Assembly: GCA_963675495.1 (NCBI GenBank)
Contig: OY776215.1
Span: 2,528,001 to 2,592,000, forward strand
Reading direction: 5' to 3'
DNA from: an uncultured Methanolobus sp.
GTDB taxonomy: Archaea > Halobacteriota > Methanosarcinia > Methanosarcinales > Methanosarcinaceae
DNA: 64,000 bases
Within the stretch, counting starts at the first letter, position 1. Each line of letters begins with the position of its first letter. Positions 48,965-58,798 of the stretch are shown here, one piece after another. The notes under the pieces are model-generated. The model did no database searches. It had not been told where the DNA came from and saw only the letters and a program-made list of their open reading frames with translations. A program made the position numbers and the translations under genes.

Positions 48965-49037
48965 CAAAAAAGAATACTGTGTCAATGAACAGCTAAAAGG
49001 ACTTCCTGCATTCATTAGAATAAAATCTGCGATAAAG
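48965..49037 (-). pseudogene. Relic 3' end and terminator region of a third cfbA copy
   Basis: actgtgtcaatgaacagctaaaaggacttcctg...tctgcgata aligns with the 3' ends and downstream flanks of both intact copies. Confidence 0.6.
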
Positions 49038-49137
49038 TGAATGAACTGGTTTTTTCTATTATTACCATATTACCATTGATATTATGCGATAAAACAATCC
49101 CTTATTTGCTTTCATGTGTATGCATTGATCTGGCAAT

Positions 49138-49578
49138 TCAGATTATTTCTTCTTTTGTCCAGAACATAATATACTCGATAAAACCAGAATCTTCGTTGGG
49201 TTGTTCTTTCTTTATCGCGAAACCATTTCTTGTGTAAAAATCAACAGCCGGTTTGTTTTGTGAATAAACTGCCAATTCCAGATTTGAACAAAGAAACTTA
49301 CAACATTCCAGCAGTTTCTTACCGATACCCTTCCCCTGCTGTGCCTCTAAAACAAATAATGCACCAATGAACGAGTTATCGAGAACGCTTATGAAGCCTT
49401 TGATCATACCGTTTTATTTGTAAACAAAGGTTTTAGAAACAGGCAGGTATTGTTCTTTAACAACGTTATAGTTTTCAGCCCAGTAATATTCAGGTATAAA
49501 ATGATGGGCAATAATATTGGTCTTCAACCAGATATCCATAATGATATCTATTTCAGAATTCTCTAATTGCTTGATCAT
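49138..49578 (-). pseudogene. GNAT N-acetyltransferase (YjaB/YiaC-like) with in-frame TAA
   Basis: MIKQLENSEIDIIMDIWLKTNIIAHHFIPEYYW...FVYK*NGMIKGFIS...IGALFV...QGKGIG...FY...GF; stop at 49414-16. Confidence 0.85.
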
Positions 49579-49732
49579 TGTTATCTTTTAAACAGGAAAT
49601 GCTTGTCACAGGTGGACTGACCTAATAAGCAAATTCATTCATGGAAAATGCACAAATTCAAGGTGCAGTGATTTTAAAAAAGATGTTGTGATTTTCTCAC
49701 AACATAAAGAGTTACTGTGTCTATAATACAGC

Positions 49733-50128
49733 TTAAAGGACTTCCTGTGCTCTCTTGAAGATGAGGTCTGCGATGAGCTCGTCACTGCCAAGAGGCTTTG
49801 CGTAGACAATTCTGACCTTCTGTCCGTTAAACTCGATCTCGCCTTCGTTTGTCTCAGGGTCCAGTTTAAGGATTCCAGGAATATCTTTTGTGATATGGAT
49901 TCCAGATGCAAGGAATACAGGTGCTGCAGCGATGGTTGTTACGCCTGTGCCTTCGAAGGACATGAGTGCCTCTTCTACGGTAGGTTCGCTGTTCTCCATG
50001 AATCCTGCCTTTACAACATACTCAGGGTGAGCTTCTTTGATCATGTTAGCGATCTCTGTTACAACCTGGTTGTTGAAAGGTAATCTGCTGCCGTGCCCAA
50101 TAGCTAAAATTCCGATTTTTTCACTCAT
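49733..50128 (-). CDS. cfbA: Sirohydrochlorin nickelochelatase CfbA/CbiX(S) (copy 1, canonical-looking)
   Basis: [39 protein letters not shown] and [14 protein letters not shown] as in Methanosarcinales CfbA. Confidence 0.88.
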   Translation of the reverse strand: MSEKIGILAIGHGSRLPFNNQVVTEIANMIKEAHPEYVVKAGFMENSEPTVEEALMSFEGTGVTTIAAAPVFLASGIHITKDIPGILKLDPETNEGEIEFNGQKVRIVYAKPLGSDELIADLIFKRAQEVL

Positions 50129-50252
50129 AATGTAACCTTCTTATTAATTGTAGTAATATTCTAAGTAGTATTTGTGTTACTTAACGGGGGTAGTAGGGTA
50201 GTTATGGGATATAATTGTTTTTGTTTGAATGGATTTTTAACGGTGTAACACT

Positions 50253-51080
50253 TCATTTATTGTGAACTCGCTCTTCCCCGGCATACGCATACAAATTCCT
50301 CCCCCTCACAAAAGCAACCAGTGCGATCCCTGCTTTCTCTGCCAGCTCCACAGCCTCAAGCACCGTGGCACCTTTGCTTGCAACAAGAGGGATGCCTGCA
50401 TTCACAGCTTTTGAAACCATTGTGGATGCCAGTCTGCCAGTGGTCACAAGGGCGCATTCTGAAAGGTCAGTGCCATTCATCAGAGCTTGGCCAACAACCT
50501 TGTCCACAGAGCAAGCTCTTCCCACGTCCTCGCAGAAAAAGAGTACTTCTCCCTGCTTGTTGCAGATGATGGAAGTGTGTGCTCCTCCGGTCCTGTGCCA
50601 GATTCTGCCAATCTCTTTTAGCTGGCCTACTGCATGGATGATGGCATCTGTAGTAAAGCATGTATCAGAATTATTGTGCTTGACAACTTCCTTGCGGTAT
50701 GATGTTGTTCCGCATCGTTCAAGGTGTGTTAATTCTTCTAGCTCGGGAGTGTTGATCTTAATTTCACAAAAAATAGATTTGTCCTCTATTCTGATCGAAT
50801 CGACCTTTGTATCAGGTTCGATGAATCCCTCGCAGACGAGAAATCCCAAGGCAAGCTCTTCAAGTTCATAAGGACTTGCAAAAAAAGTAGTTACGTGAAC
50901 GTTATTCACGAAAAGCTCGAACTTTTCCTCGACAATAACGTCCACAGTAATGTGTTGTTTACTGTTCTCAGTGATCTCCAGGCACTCCATGGGGACATAA
51001 AAAGGCGAGGGGATATTTTCCTCGTCCTTTCGGAAGATTTCATTCTTCCTGTTCCTTTCTGAGTACCAGTTCTCACTCAT
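50253..51080 (-). CDS. fdhD: Formate dehydrogenase accessory sulfurtransferase FdhD
   Basis: EELALGFL..EG, CG, TGGAH, EDVGR...DKV.G and TGR....V.KA motifs. Confidence 0.92.
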   Translation of the reverse strand: MSENWYSERNRKNEIFRKDEENIPSPFYVPMECLEITENSKQHITVDVIVEEKFELFVNNVHVTTFFASPYELEELALGFLVCEGFIEPDTKVDSIRIEDKSIFCEIKINTPELEELTHLERCGTTSYRKEVVKHNNSDTCFTTDAIIHAVGQLKEIGRIWHRTGGAHTSIICNKQGEVLFFCEDVGRACSVDKVVGQALMNGTDLSECALVTTGRLASTMVSKAVNAGIPLVASKGATVLEAVELAEKAGIALVAFVRGRNLYAYAGEERVHNK

Positions 51081-52390
51081 GCTTCCTTTTTGGCCTTTAC
51101 CTTTGCAAAGAGCTGCTTGAGGGTGTCCTCATTGCTCTTTGTTTCAGGGAATGGTGAATCTGTGAATGGTTCGAAGTAAACAGGCACATTGTCGAGCCTG
51201 TAGAACGTACCGTCACATTCCATAGCATCAATTACACCAGGCAGAACGACATCTGCTGCTGTGGTTGATGGGCATGGTGCAATATCGAGACAGACCATTG
51301 GTATGTCTGCAAGGTACTTTGCACAATCTGCAGGAATGTGGTTCACAAGGTCAGCGGACATGACGAACGCTGCATCAACATCCTTTTCCCTGAGCAGGTC
51401 CACTGTTGTGGTTTCTCCAGGGTTGTACCTTGGATATCCCTTCATGAAGTCAAGACCGAATGGGTAACCGTAAAGGTAGGATGCAAGCTGGTTGAATCCT
51501 GCTACGTTACAGTGACCTCTAAGAGCACCGATGTTACACTTGGTGTAATTGTTCATCTCTTTGACAAAGTTCAGTGCGATCTCAATGTTCCTGTGCTTTC
51601 CATATGAGGATGAGACACCAAGACCTACGTAGATAGCGACGAAGTTTGATTCCTTCATCATCTCAACTGTCTGCTTCATTGAAGAAATTGGGATTCCTGT
51701 TATCTCTTCAACAGATGGATGAGGTTCCTTTCCGTTAAGGATGGTGAACATTGCACTGAGAAGTTCGTAGTCTGAGCTAGGATTGAGCTGCAGGTGCATA
51801 TCTGATGCAACAGCTGTTGGGGTTACCCTTGGGTCCACTGTGACCATTGTCCTGTCAAACCTTCCTCTCTTTGTCCAGTAACCTCTTGGGAACACGCCAT
51901 ACTTTGACATGTGCCTTGGCATGGATTCCAGTGGGTTAACGCCCCAGTAGACGGTCATGTCGGCTCTGTTCTTTGCCTGACCGGCGGTAGCTCCAACCAT
52001 ACCGGATTCCTGGATTCCCATTACAGTTGGTCCGTGGCAGATTGTTGCGTTGGAATCTGCAGGTGCACCAAGGTATTCAGCTATGTGAAGTCCTACTTCC
52101 TGTGCTTCGCATGAGGTTTCACTTCCAAGGAAGAAAAGTGGGCGTCTTGCATTTGCAAGAATGTCTGCTGACATCTCAAGAGCTTCTTCCCAGCTTACGT
52201 CCTTTACCTTGCCGTTCTCTCTGATGGTTGGCTTTAAGATCCTGTGTGAGCTCACAACTTCCTGGAACTTAGCGGTACCCATCTTACATGCGTTCTGGAC
52301 ATCGATCGTACGGTTCTTAGTGTCCAAATCTATCTGGATGTCGTCACATGAACCTCCACAGACAGGACAGATGATATTCTTAAACACCAT
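51077..52390 (-). CDS. fmdB: Formylmethanofuran dehydrogenase subunit B (Cys, not Sec, form)
   Basis: CPVCGGSCDD, NATICHGPT, KNRAD, PRHMSKY, RGHCNVAG and YRLDNVP motifs. Confidence 0.95.
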   Translation of the reverse strand: MVFKNIICPVCGGSCDDIQIDLDTKNRTIDVQNACKMGTAKFQEVVSSHRILKPTIRENGKVKDVSWEEALEMSADILANARRPLFFLGSETSCEAQEVGLHIAEYLGAPADSNATICHGPTVMGIQESGMVGATAGQAKNRADMTVYWGVNPLESMPRHMSKYGVFPRGYWTKRGRFDRTMVTVDPRVTPTAVASDMHLQLNPSSDYELLSAMFTILNGKEPHPSVEEITGIPISSMKQTVEMMKESNFVAIYVGLGVSSSYGKHRNIEIALNFVKEMNNYTKCNIGALRGHCNVAGFNQLASYLYGYPFGLDFMKGYPRYNPGETTTVDLLREKDVDAAFVMSADLVNHIPADCAKYLADIPMVCLDIAPCPSTTAADVVLPGVIDAMECDGTFYRLDNVPVYFEPFTDSPFPETKSNEDTLKQLFAKVKAKKEA

Positions 52391-52391
52391 T

Positions 52392-52781
52392 TTATTCACC
52401 TCCCATGTACAGTTTCAGGACAATTTCCTCGGCGCCTAGAACCTCTTCATCGCTAGGTTCGACCATTACAGGAGCTCCCTTATAGCGTGGTGAACCTGTT
52501 GAGAATGTGTCAGGTTCAACAACAACATTTGCCCAGATTGATCTTGGGATAAATACCTGACCGGATTTCATTGCCTCTGTTACCTTTGGGTAAACTGCAA
52601 CTGTGTGCTTTCCGTCTCTTGATGTAACAGACACTTTCTCCGGGCATCCCAGAGATGTAAAGTCCTCTGCACACATCCAGCAGACTGCACATTCTTTTTT
52701 GTAATCTTCGGAGTACTTATTGCCGCCTTTGGCAAGTCTTCCTTCGTTGATAGTACTTCCTGAATTGAGTAATGCTTGCAT
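52392..52781 (-). CDS. fmdD: Formylmethanofuran dehydrogenase subunit D
   Basis: LNSGSTINEG, FIPRSIWAN and T..TG.P.YKG motifs; start MQALL at 52781. Confidence 0.92.
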   Translation of the reverse strand: MQALLNSGSTINEGRLAKGGNKYSEDYKKECAVCWMCAEDFTSLGCPEKVSVTSRDGKHTVAVYPKVTEAMKSGQVFIPRSIWANVVVEPDTFSTGSPRYKGAPVMVEPSDEEVLGAEEIVLKLYMGGE

Positions 52782-52791
52782 GAATATCACC

Positions 52792-53601
52792 TCACAGACA
52801 CTCGTTATTGTCACAGGATACATACAGTGTGCCTTTTCCTTTCTGCGGAATGGCATAATCACCTGTGAATTTCATGTATTCTCCAGGGCACTCGATGTCG
52901 TTGAACTTGAGGTCTGACTCGACGTCTGTCATCTCAAATCCTGGTGTGAATCTCTCAATGCAACCACCAATCACGATAGTACCACCGGTCATTTCTGCTC
53001 CAACGGTTCTGAAAGCGTTTCCTTTTACAGCGATAAGACCACCGTTAATACGGATTCCGCAGAAGTGTTTAACATTTCCGCCGATAATGATCTCTCCGCC
53101 ACTAAGGCCGCCGCCAACCTGGCTTACTGCATCTCCGTCAACGGTGATACGTCCACCGGTCATTCCCTTCCAGCTACCACGGTATGCACATCCAAGGTGG
53201 TCCTTTGTGTTACCTTTGATGTGGATCGAGCCACCGCTCATTTCCATACCTACCCATGAATCAGCATCTCCTTCAACAATGATCTCCCCGCCTTCCATTG
53301 CTGATCCAACATGCATTCCAGCAGAGCCTTTGATAAGTACTTTACCGGCTGTCATCTGCTGTCCGATACGCTTGACCCTTGGGATGTCTCCGTCTACGAT
53401 GATGGTGGTGTCTTCTGCTGAGCTTCCACCATTACCTTCCACTGTAAAGAAGTCAGTAAGAGGGTACTCTGCAGGTCCCTGCCAGACGAGTACTTTTCCA
53501 ATCTCATCGGCAGTTTTTCCGGCAAAGTTGTCAGGTGTGACAACCTCTGCCTCTACGGTAAGGTCAAAATTTCCTATTGGTTTAAGAATTACGTCTGCCA
53601 T
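52792..53601 (-). CDS. fmdC: Formylmethanofuran dehydrogenase subunit C
   Basis: EAEVVTPD; G..M.GG.I.V.G beta-helix repeats; AYRGSWKGM. Confidence 0.95.
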   Translation of the reverse strand: MADVILKPIGNFDLTVEAEVVTPDNFAGKTADEIGKVLVWQGPAEYPLTDFFTVEGNGGSSAEDTTIIVDGDIPRVKRIGQQMTAGKVLIKGSAGMHVGSAMEGGEIIVEGDADSWVGMEMSGGSIHIKGNTKDHLGCAYRGSWKGMTGGRITVDGDAVSQVGGGLSGGEIIIGGNVKHFCGIRINGGLIAVKGNAFRTVGAEMTGGTIVIGGCIERFTPGFEMTDVESDLKFNDIECPGEYMKFTGDYAIPQKGKGTLYVSCDNNECL

Positions 53602-53606
53602 TAAAA

Positions 53607-55361
53607 TCACTTCTCCGCATTGACCTGAATAGGTGTTGGGTTTGCCAGATACTTTTCAGGTGTTGGATATCGGTCGAAACCAATTGTGTAGTACTTGAAC
53701 CACTTCTTTACATCTGCAAGCATGTTCTTCTCATCGTCTGCATCTATTGCAATATCCGTGTAGAAGGTGTTCTTCTCAGGGATTGCAACGATCTCGCCCA
53801 TTTGGGATACGACCTCTCCTGCCTTGATGGTGTATGCAGTGTTCTCAAAGCCTCTTACGATGCTCTCGTAGTCGTTGACCTCGAGCTTCTTTGGATCGAT
53901 GTTGAAGATAGCAACGTCACCGTCTGCTCCAACACCAAGTGTACCCTTCCTGTATGACATTCCAATTGTTCTGGCAGAGTTTGCACGTGTGATCGTAGCG
54001 ATCTCGCTAAGTGTCATTTCTCTTGTCTCTGCACCCAGATCTGTTCTGTCCTGTGCCCACTTGTGACATTCTGCGAATGTGTCCTGTCTTGCCTTGTTGG
54101 ACATAAGCCATGCAATGACCTGTGGGTATTTGATGAATGGTCCACCGTTAGGGCTATCGGTTGTCATGATGGTCTTCCATGCGTCCTTTACGTAGAGAAG
54201 TGATTCAAGACCCATTGCCCACTGCACACTGTGTACAGGGTTGCCCTTTAGATATTCGAATGGAAGTACACCTGATCCACACTCACACTCTACATCGGTG
54301 TTTGACCACTTGTGACCTGTAAGTACGTAGAGGTCATGGATTGCAGGACCGTCACCGGTCATAACAGTTGCATCACCGAAAGGTACACATCCACTGTCAA
54401 ATACAACATGGTCGTTGCTGTTGACGTAGTCAGTAATTCCTTTTACACCAGACTCGAAGTCTCTCCAGGATGTACCGCCAAAAGCATTGAACTGGCAGTG
54501 TGTGAGATAAACTGACTCATGCCTTTTTGCATTTCTTTTAGTCTCGGCCCATTCAACGTCGGTGTTTGGCTTTGCCTTTACACTCTTAGGTATCTTGAGT
54601 GAGTCCCTTGTGATTTCCCAGCATCCAGGGTGACCAAGGTTATTTGCGTGCAGGTGCACAGGCATTGGGATTCCGAGTTTTTCGTTCAGTTCTGCCAGAT
54701 TCTTAATCATTTCTTCCGGTGTGGTTTCGAAATGAATGTTTGCCTGGTCAAGAGCTCCAACGTTCTCTCCCCATCCCCAGTTCTCTACACCAGCAGGATT
54801 GACACATTTTATACCATAGGTCTTGTGTGTCTTCATCATCCATGAAACATATGCTGCTGCCTTTTCAATATCTCCTTCTTTGAGATATCTCATGAGGAAC
54901 CAGTTGTTACCCAGTACAAGGTATCCACCCATGTCAAGCATAGGGGTTGAGCGCATTTCCTCGTGTGTGTGGCGTGCTTCCATTGGTGGGACAGCTGCCT
55001 CGAAAACAGTTGTGTATCCCATTTTGGAGTACTCGTATCCTCCAAGGTAAACTGAAGGTACAGTATATCCTGAACCTGAGTGAGTGAGTGGCGTTCTCTT
55101 CTGGTAGTGCTTGTAGTGGTCCTCAGGTCTCATGGTCCTGCCTGTATTGACCTTTGCTCCTGCTACGTGGGAGTGTGAGTCGACACCACCGGGCATAACA
55201 GTTTTGCCCTTTGCATCGATTTCCTTTACATCTTTCATGTCTGCGCCGGAAAGTTCTGTTACGACCTTTCCGTTTTTGATGAAGATGTCCATCATTTCCC
55301 CGTCTATCTCGTTGAGGGGATCATAAACGTAACCGTTCTTGATTGCAATAGTTCCTGCCAT
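53607..55361 (-). CDS. fmdA: Formylmethanofuran dehydrogenase subunit A
   Basis: GGVDSHSHVAG, ARHTHEE, KCVNPAG, HLHANNLG and TTDSPNGGPF amidohydrolase motifs. Confidence 0.96.
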   Translation of the reverse strand: MAGTIAIKNGYVYDPLNEIDGEMMDIFIKNGKVVTELSGADMKDVKEIDAKGKTVMPGGVDSHSHVAGAKVNTGRTMRPEDHYKHYQKRTPLTHSGSGYTVPSVYLGGYEYSKMGYTTVFEAAVPPMEARHTHEEMRSTPMLDMGGYLVLGNNWFLMRYLKEGDIEKAAAYVSWMMKTHKTYGIKCVNPAGVENWGWGENVGALDQANIHFETTPEEMIKNLAELNEKLGIPMPVHLHANNLGHPGCWEITRDSLKIPKSVKAKPNTDVEWAETKRNAKRHESVYLTHCQFNAFGGTSWRDFESGVKGITDYVNSNDHVVFDSGCVPFGDATVMTGDGPAIHDLYVLTGHKWSNTDVECECGSGVLPFEYLKGNPVHSVQWAMGLESLLYVKDAWKTIMTTDSPNGGPFIKYPQVIAWLMSNKARQDTFAECHKWAQDRTDLGAETREMTLSEIATITRANSARTIGMSYRKGTLGVGADGDVAIFNIDPKKLEVNDYESIVRGFENTAYTIKAGEVVSQMGEIVAIPEKNTFYTDIAIDADDEKNMLADVKKWFKYYTIGFDRYPTPEKYLANPTPIQVNAEK

Positions 55362-55363
55362 TT

Positions 55364-56383
55364 TTATTCCTCCCTTCTCACAAGTGTGATGGCACCTACC
55401 GGACAGATCATAGCACATGCAGCATCTGAACCGCACATATCCTGGTTTACAACCTGTGCTACACCATTCCTTACTTCAAGGACCTTCTTTGCATCGACTT
55501 CATTCAGGTATCCAGCTCCAACCTCTTCATCAGTTGCATTTACCGGACAGACGATAACACAGTTTCCACATCCAAGACATGCATCTTCATCGATGACAAG
55601 TGTGGACGTGAGTGTTGGTCTCTTCATTTCAACATTGAGTAACTTCTTTTCGAGAAGTGTCTTCTTCTCGACCTCAGGGATAATGGCTGTCTTTGTAACA
55701 GTAATTGCATTTACCGGACAGGCCATGTCACACGCGCCACAGTATATGCATGCATCAGCACGCTGTGCAACCTTGTCCACTCTCTCTCCGGCATCCCAGT
55801 CAGGGTTGAAGAGCGCATTACATGGACATGTGTCTATGCAGCTGCGGCAGGCAGTACAGGTATTCTCATCCCTGAACCAAGTTCCTTCAAATGGCTTTTC
55901 AACGCTGATAGCTTCAGCAGGACAGACAGTCTCACACCATCCGCAGTGTATACAACACTCGGTATCAATTATCGTCTCACCGTCAACACTTGCGGTTCCG
56001 TCATTTGACAGCCACTGTTTTACTTCAATGCATCCCTGCGGACATATTTGTTCGCAAAGTCCACAGTGAACACAGTTGTCATTGACAGTTGTGTCTTTAA
56101 GTGCAACGCTTAAGTAACTATTGTCATTTACAGGCTCTCCTGCCTGTTTCAGTTCGAGTGCACCTGTAGGGCATGTCTTTGCACAGATTCCACATACAAT
56201 GCAGAGTTCTGTCTGGTTCTCAAGGAAATCTTTGTCTATGAGTCCTCTTGCTACGGCTCCCACTGAACCGAGAACTAATGAACCTTTAGGACATGCCATT
56301 ACGCACGTTCCGCAACCGATACACTTCTCTGGAGTGTATTCAAGTTGCTTGTCGTCTTTTACTCCAAACACTACTTCGTTCAT
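55364..56383 (-). CDS. fmdF: Formylmethanofuran dehydrogenase polyferredoxin subunit F
   Basis: Eight CxxCxxCxxxCP-type motifs (last one degenerate); first gene of the F-A-C-D-B operon. Confidence 0.92.
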   Translation of the reverse strand: MNEVVFGVKDDKQLEYTPEKCIGCGTCVMACPKGSLVLGSVGAVARGLIDKDFLENQTELCIVCGICAKTCPTGALELKQAGEPVNDNSYLSVALKDTTVNDNCVHCGLCEQICPQGCIEVKQWLSNDGTASVDGETIIDTECCIHCGWCETVCPAEAISVEKPFEGTWFRDENTCTACRSCIDTCPCNALFNPDWDAGERVDKVAQRADACIYCGACDMACPVNAITVTKTAIIPEVEKKTLLEKKLLNVEMKRPTLTSTLVIDEDACLGCGNCVIVCPVNATDEEVGAGYLNEVDAKKVLEVRNGVAQVVNQDMCGSDAACAMICPVGAITLVRREE

Positions 56384-56612
56384 CTGATCTTCTCCGTAAT
56401 CCTGCCTATGAATACAAATGCTTTCAGGTCGATGTCCTGTAAATTATATGCACCAGTTCTGCAAATTAATTGCAGATATGATACTGATGTTTGCTAAAGA
56501 ACATTTTTCAGTTTAGCACTTTAATGTGTTTGCGGGCATGAATACGCCTTTTTTCAACAAACTTTTCCTTTCAGGCAAAAAGCCATTTAGGTTAGCCTGC
56601 TTACAATCTTGA

Positions 56613-56687
56613 CTTAAATGATCGTGTCACTATTCTTAAATGATCTCCAGATCCGATGGACAGGAGAATTGTAATTATAGTGACACG
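56613..56687. promoter_or_regulatory. Overlapping direct and inverted repeats upstream of the fmd operon
   Basis: CTTAAATGATC x2 (56613, 56635); CGTGTCACTAT(56623-33)/ATAGTGACACG(56677-87); adjacent to minus-strand TTTTATAA near 56695-56702. Confidence 0.55.
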
Positions 56688-56928
56688 TATTTGTTATAAA
56701 AGTATCGTTTGTACCTGTTGTTGATTGTACTTTCCAGAGTTGTGTTTTTTCCTCTGCAGGGCAACATATGAAATTTTATAATGGTCGGAATACTACTCGG
56801 TGACTTTATATACAACTACTTGTCCCATATTACATGGGGTATATATTTGGGTTTCATAATGTTCGTATCAGTTTATTTTAATATGTCTATTTTTTATTAT
56901 TTTGTACCGTTTGCCAGGAGATGAGAAT

Positions 56929-57462
56929 ATTCCTTTGATGAGTATAATAGGTTGCACGGAATTTGAGAAAGAGATCGTGAAATTGTTGGCTGAAGATAAG
57001 ATGATCGATCACCTGATCGTAGTGGGTGGTTCCAGATCATCAGAGCTTATAAATGACCTCGAACAGATCGGTTTAGCACCACATGTGCTTTTTCCGGAAA
57101 CAATACCGTGTGGTTTAAAGAAAAGTAAAGGATTCAATGTACTTGTGACTTTACAGGATAATGATTCATATAGTTCATCAGGTCATATGAAGAAAGAAAT
57201 TTATGAAAAAATAAAATTCTATGGTCTTGTATCCAGTGGTATCCTTATGTTCTATGGTTCATGTGAAGGAATATTTGATGATGCTCTTCTGGATTTTCAG
57301 AATAGGAAGTTTTTCCTTGAATTTTTATCTTCAGAAAATGGGGGTTATATGGGAAATGGGGTAGATGATTGTTTTTCAAATAACAAAGATGCCCATACTC
57401 CTGAACTTATCGAAAAATACAGGAATTGCTACAACAAGCTTAAAGAACAAATGCTTTCGTAA
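56929..57462 (+). CDS. Hypothetical protein, DUF1638-like N-terminal region (shortened); probable ATT start
   Basis: PLMSIIGC..FE.EI...L..D and GILMFYG.C resemble methanogen DUF1638 proteins; AGGAG-N8-ATT. Confidence 0.55.
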   Translation: MPLMSIIGCTEFEKEIVKLLAEDKMIDHLIVVGGSRSSELINDLEQIGLAPHVLFPETIPCGLKKSKGFNVLVTLQDNDSYSSSGHMKKEIYEKIKFYGLVSSGILMFYGSCEGIFDDALLDFQNRKFFLEFLSSENGGYMGNGVDDCFSNNKDAHTPELIEKYRNCYNKLKEQMLS

Positions 57463-57610
57463 CTATTATGATTTGAAGTGTTTATCCCTGTTTTCTTTCT
57501 TTTGAACATTATTCTTTAATAGTTTATAGTAATGGTATGGATTAACACAGTGATTCGCCTGGAAGCAGTGGTGAATCTTTGTCAATCTATAAATGTTACA
57601 GGGATATTGA

Positions 57611-58474
57611 ATGGTCTTAAAAGGAAATGCTTATGCACTTGGTGCTGGTACGGTCATCAACGCAATAGCCACATGGAAAGGTGCGGCTTTTGGTATTGAT
57701 CTTAAAACGTTTGCAGATGTGAGACTTTTTGATGATGCATCTGGTATAAATGGAACGATTGAAGGCATGCCTGATGCAGATACAAGACTGATCGAGAATT
57801 CTGTATCTTATGTACTTGAGCATTTTGGCATTGATATGGGTGGGACCGTAACGACAAGATCAGATGTTCCTCTTGCAAGTGGTCTCAAAAGTAGTAGTGC
57901 TGCAGCGAACGCATCTGTCCTTGCTACGCTTGCTGCTATCGGTGAAGAACTCGATCCATTTGAAGCAGTAAAAATAGGTGTAAGGGCTGCTCTTGATGCA
58001 AAAGTAACAATTACAGGAGCTCTGGATGATGCATGTGCTTCATTTTATGGAGGTTTTGTTGTAACTGACAACAGGGAAATGAAGTTGCTTAAAAGAACAG
58101 AGCATGAATATGACGTATTGATATTTGCACCGGATGAAAAATCATTCAGTTCCAACACCAATGTTTCACGTTCCCAGATGATTGCTCCATGGGTGGATAT
58201 TGCATATGATCTGTCTCTAAAAGGTGAGTTCGAAAAAGCAATGACTCTTAATGGTTTTCTTTATTGCAGTGCACTTGGTTTTGATACTGAGTTCCTGATG
58301 CGTGCACTGGAGATCGGTGTGAAAGGTGTTTCACTTTCAGGTACAGGGCCGTCTTATGTGGCACTTGTCACTGCAGATCAGTCGGGTGAGCTGGAGGATG
58401 CATGGAATGACTGTGGTAGCAGCGGAACCATGATAAAGACTAACATACATAATAAGGGTGCAAGTATAATCTAA
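57611..58474 (+). CDS. aroK: Archaeal shikimate kinase (GHMP family)
   Basis: GAGTVINAIATWKGAAFGI, PLASGLKSSSAAANA, TGALDDA and SGTGPS motifs. Confidence 0.95.
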   Translation: MVLKGNAYALGAGTVINAIATWKGAAFGIDLKTFADVRLFDDASGINGTIEGMPDADTRLIENSVSYVLEHFGIDMGGTVTTRSDVPLASGLKSSSAAANASVLATLAAIGEELDPFEAVKIGVRAALDAKVTITGALDDACASFYGGFVVTDNREMKLLKRTEHEYDVLIFAPDEKSFSSNTNVSRSQMIAPWVDIAYDLSLKGEFEKAMTLNGFLYCSALGFDTEFLMRALEIGVKGVSLSGTGPSYVALVTADQSGELEDAWNDCGSSGTMIKTNIHNKGASII

Positions 58475-58501
58475 TGCTTAGTTTAAATTAGCGGGGAATA
58501 C

Positions 58502-58789
58502 ATGTCCACTATCAAAGAAGTACGCGAAGAAATAGAACAGATTGATAGCGAGATCATACAGCTTATTCATAAAAGGGTTGGTATGGCTGCAAAGGTACTG
58601 GAAGCCAAGAAAAAAGAAGGGATAAACATCAATGATCCTTCACAGAACACGGTGGTACAGGATCGTGCAGTTGATGCTGCAATAGAATTGAACCTTGATG
58701 CTTCTGCTGTCAAGGAGATGTTCGATATACTTATCCGTATGAATATAGAACGTCAGCAAGAGTTAAGAGGCGAAGGTAATCTTCCTTAG
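58502..58789 (+). CDS. aroQ: Chorismate mutase (AroQ type)
   Basis: R.EI..ID..I..LI.KR...A..V...K pattern; follows aroK. Confidence 0.88.
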   Translation: MSTIKEVREEIEQIDSEIIQLIHKRVGMAAKVLEAKKKEGININDPSQNTVVQDRAVDAAIELNLDASAVKEMFDILIRMNIERQQELRGEGNLP

Positions 58790-58798
58790 GAGTAGAAA

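Noticed and set aside
51077-52390. Selenocysteine recoding in fmdB
   Set aside because: The active-site residue is Cys (ATICHGPT) and there is no in-frame TGA
52865-53623. 252-aa plus-strand ORF with repeated PP motifs
   Set aside because: Antisense shadow of the Gly-Gly repeats of fmdC
55386-56069. 227-aa plus-strand ORF with repeated GQ/HAPQ motifs
   Set aside because: Antisense shadow of the fmdF polyferredoxin Cys motifs
50253-56383. Higher GC of the fmd operon as a sign of horizontal transfer
   Set aside because: Better explained by codon bias of highly expressed methanogenesis genes; gene order matches Methanosarcinales fmd operons
56686-56707. ModE-box-like site upstream of fmdF
   Set aside because: Only weak resemblance to the TATAT-N7-TAYAT consensus; it coincides with the probable TATA box
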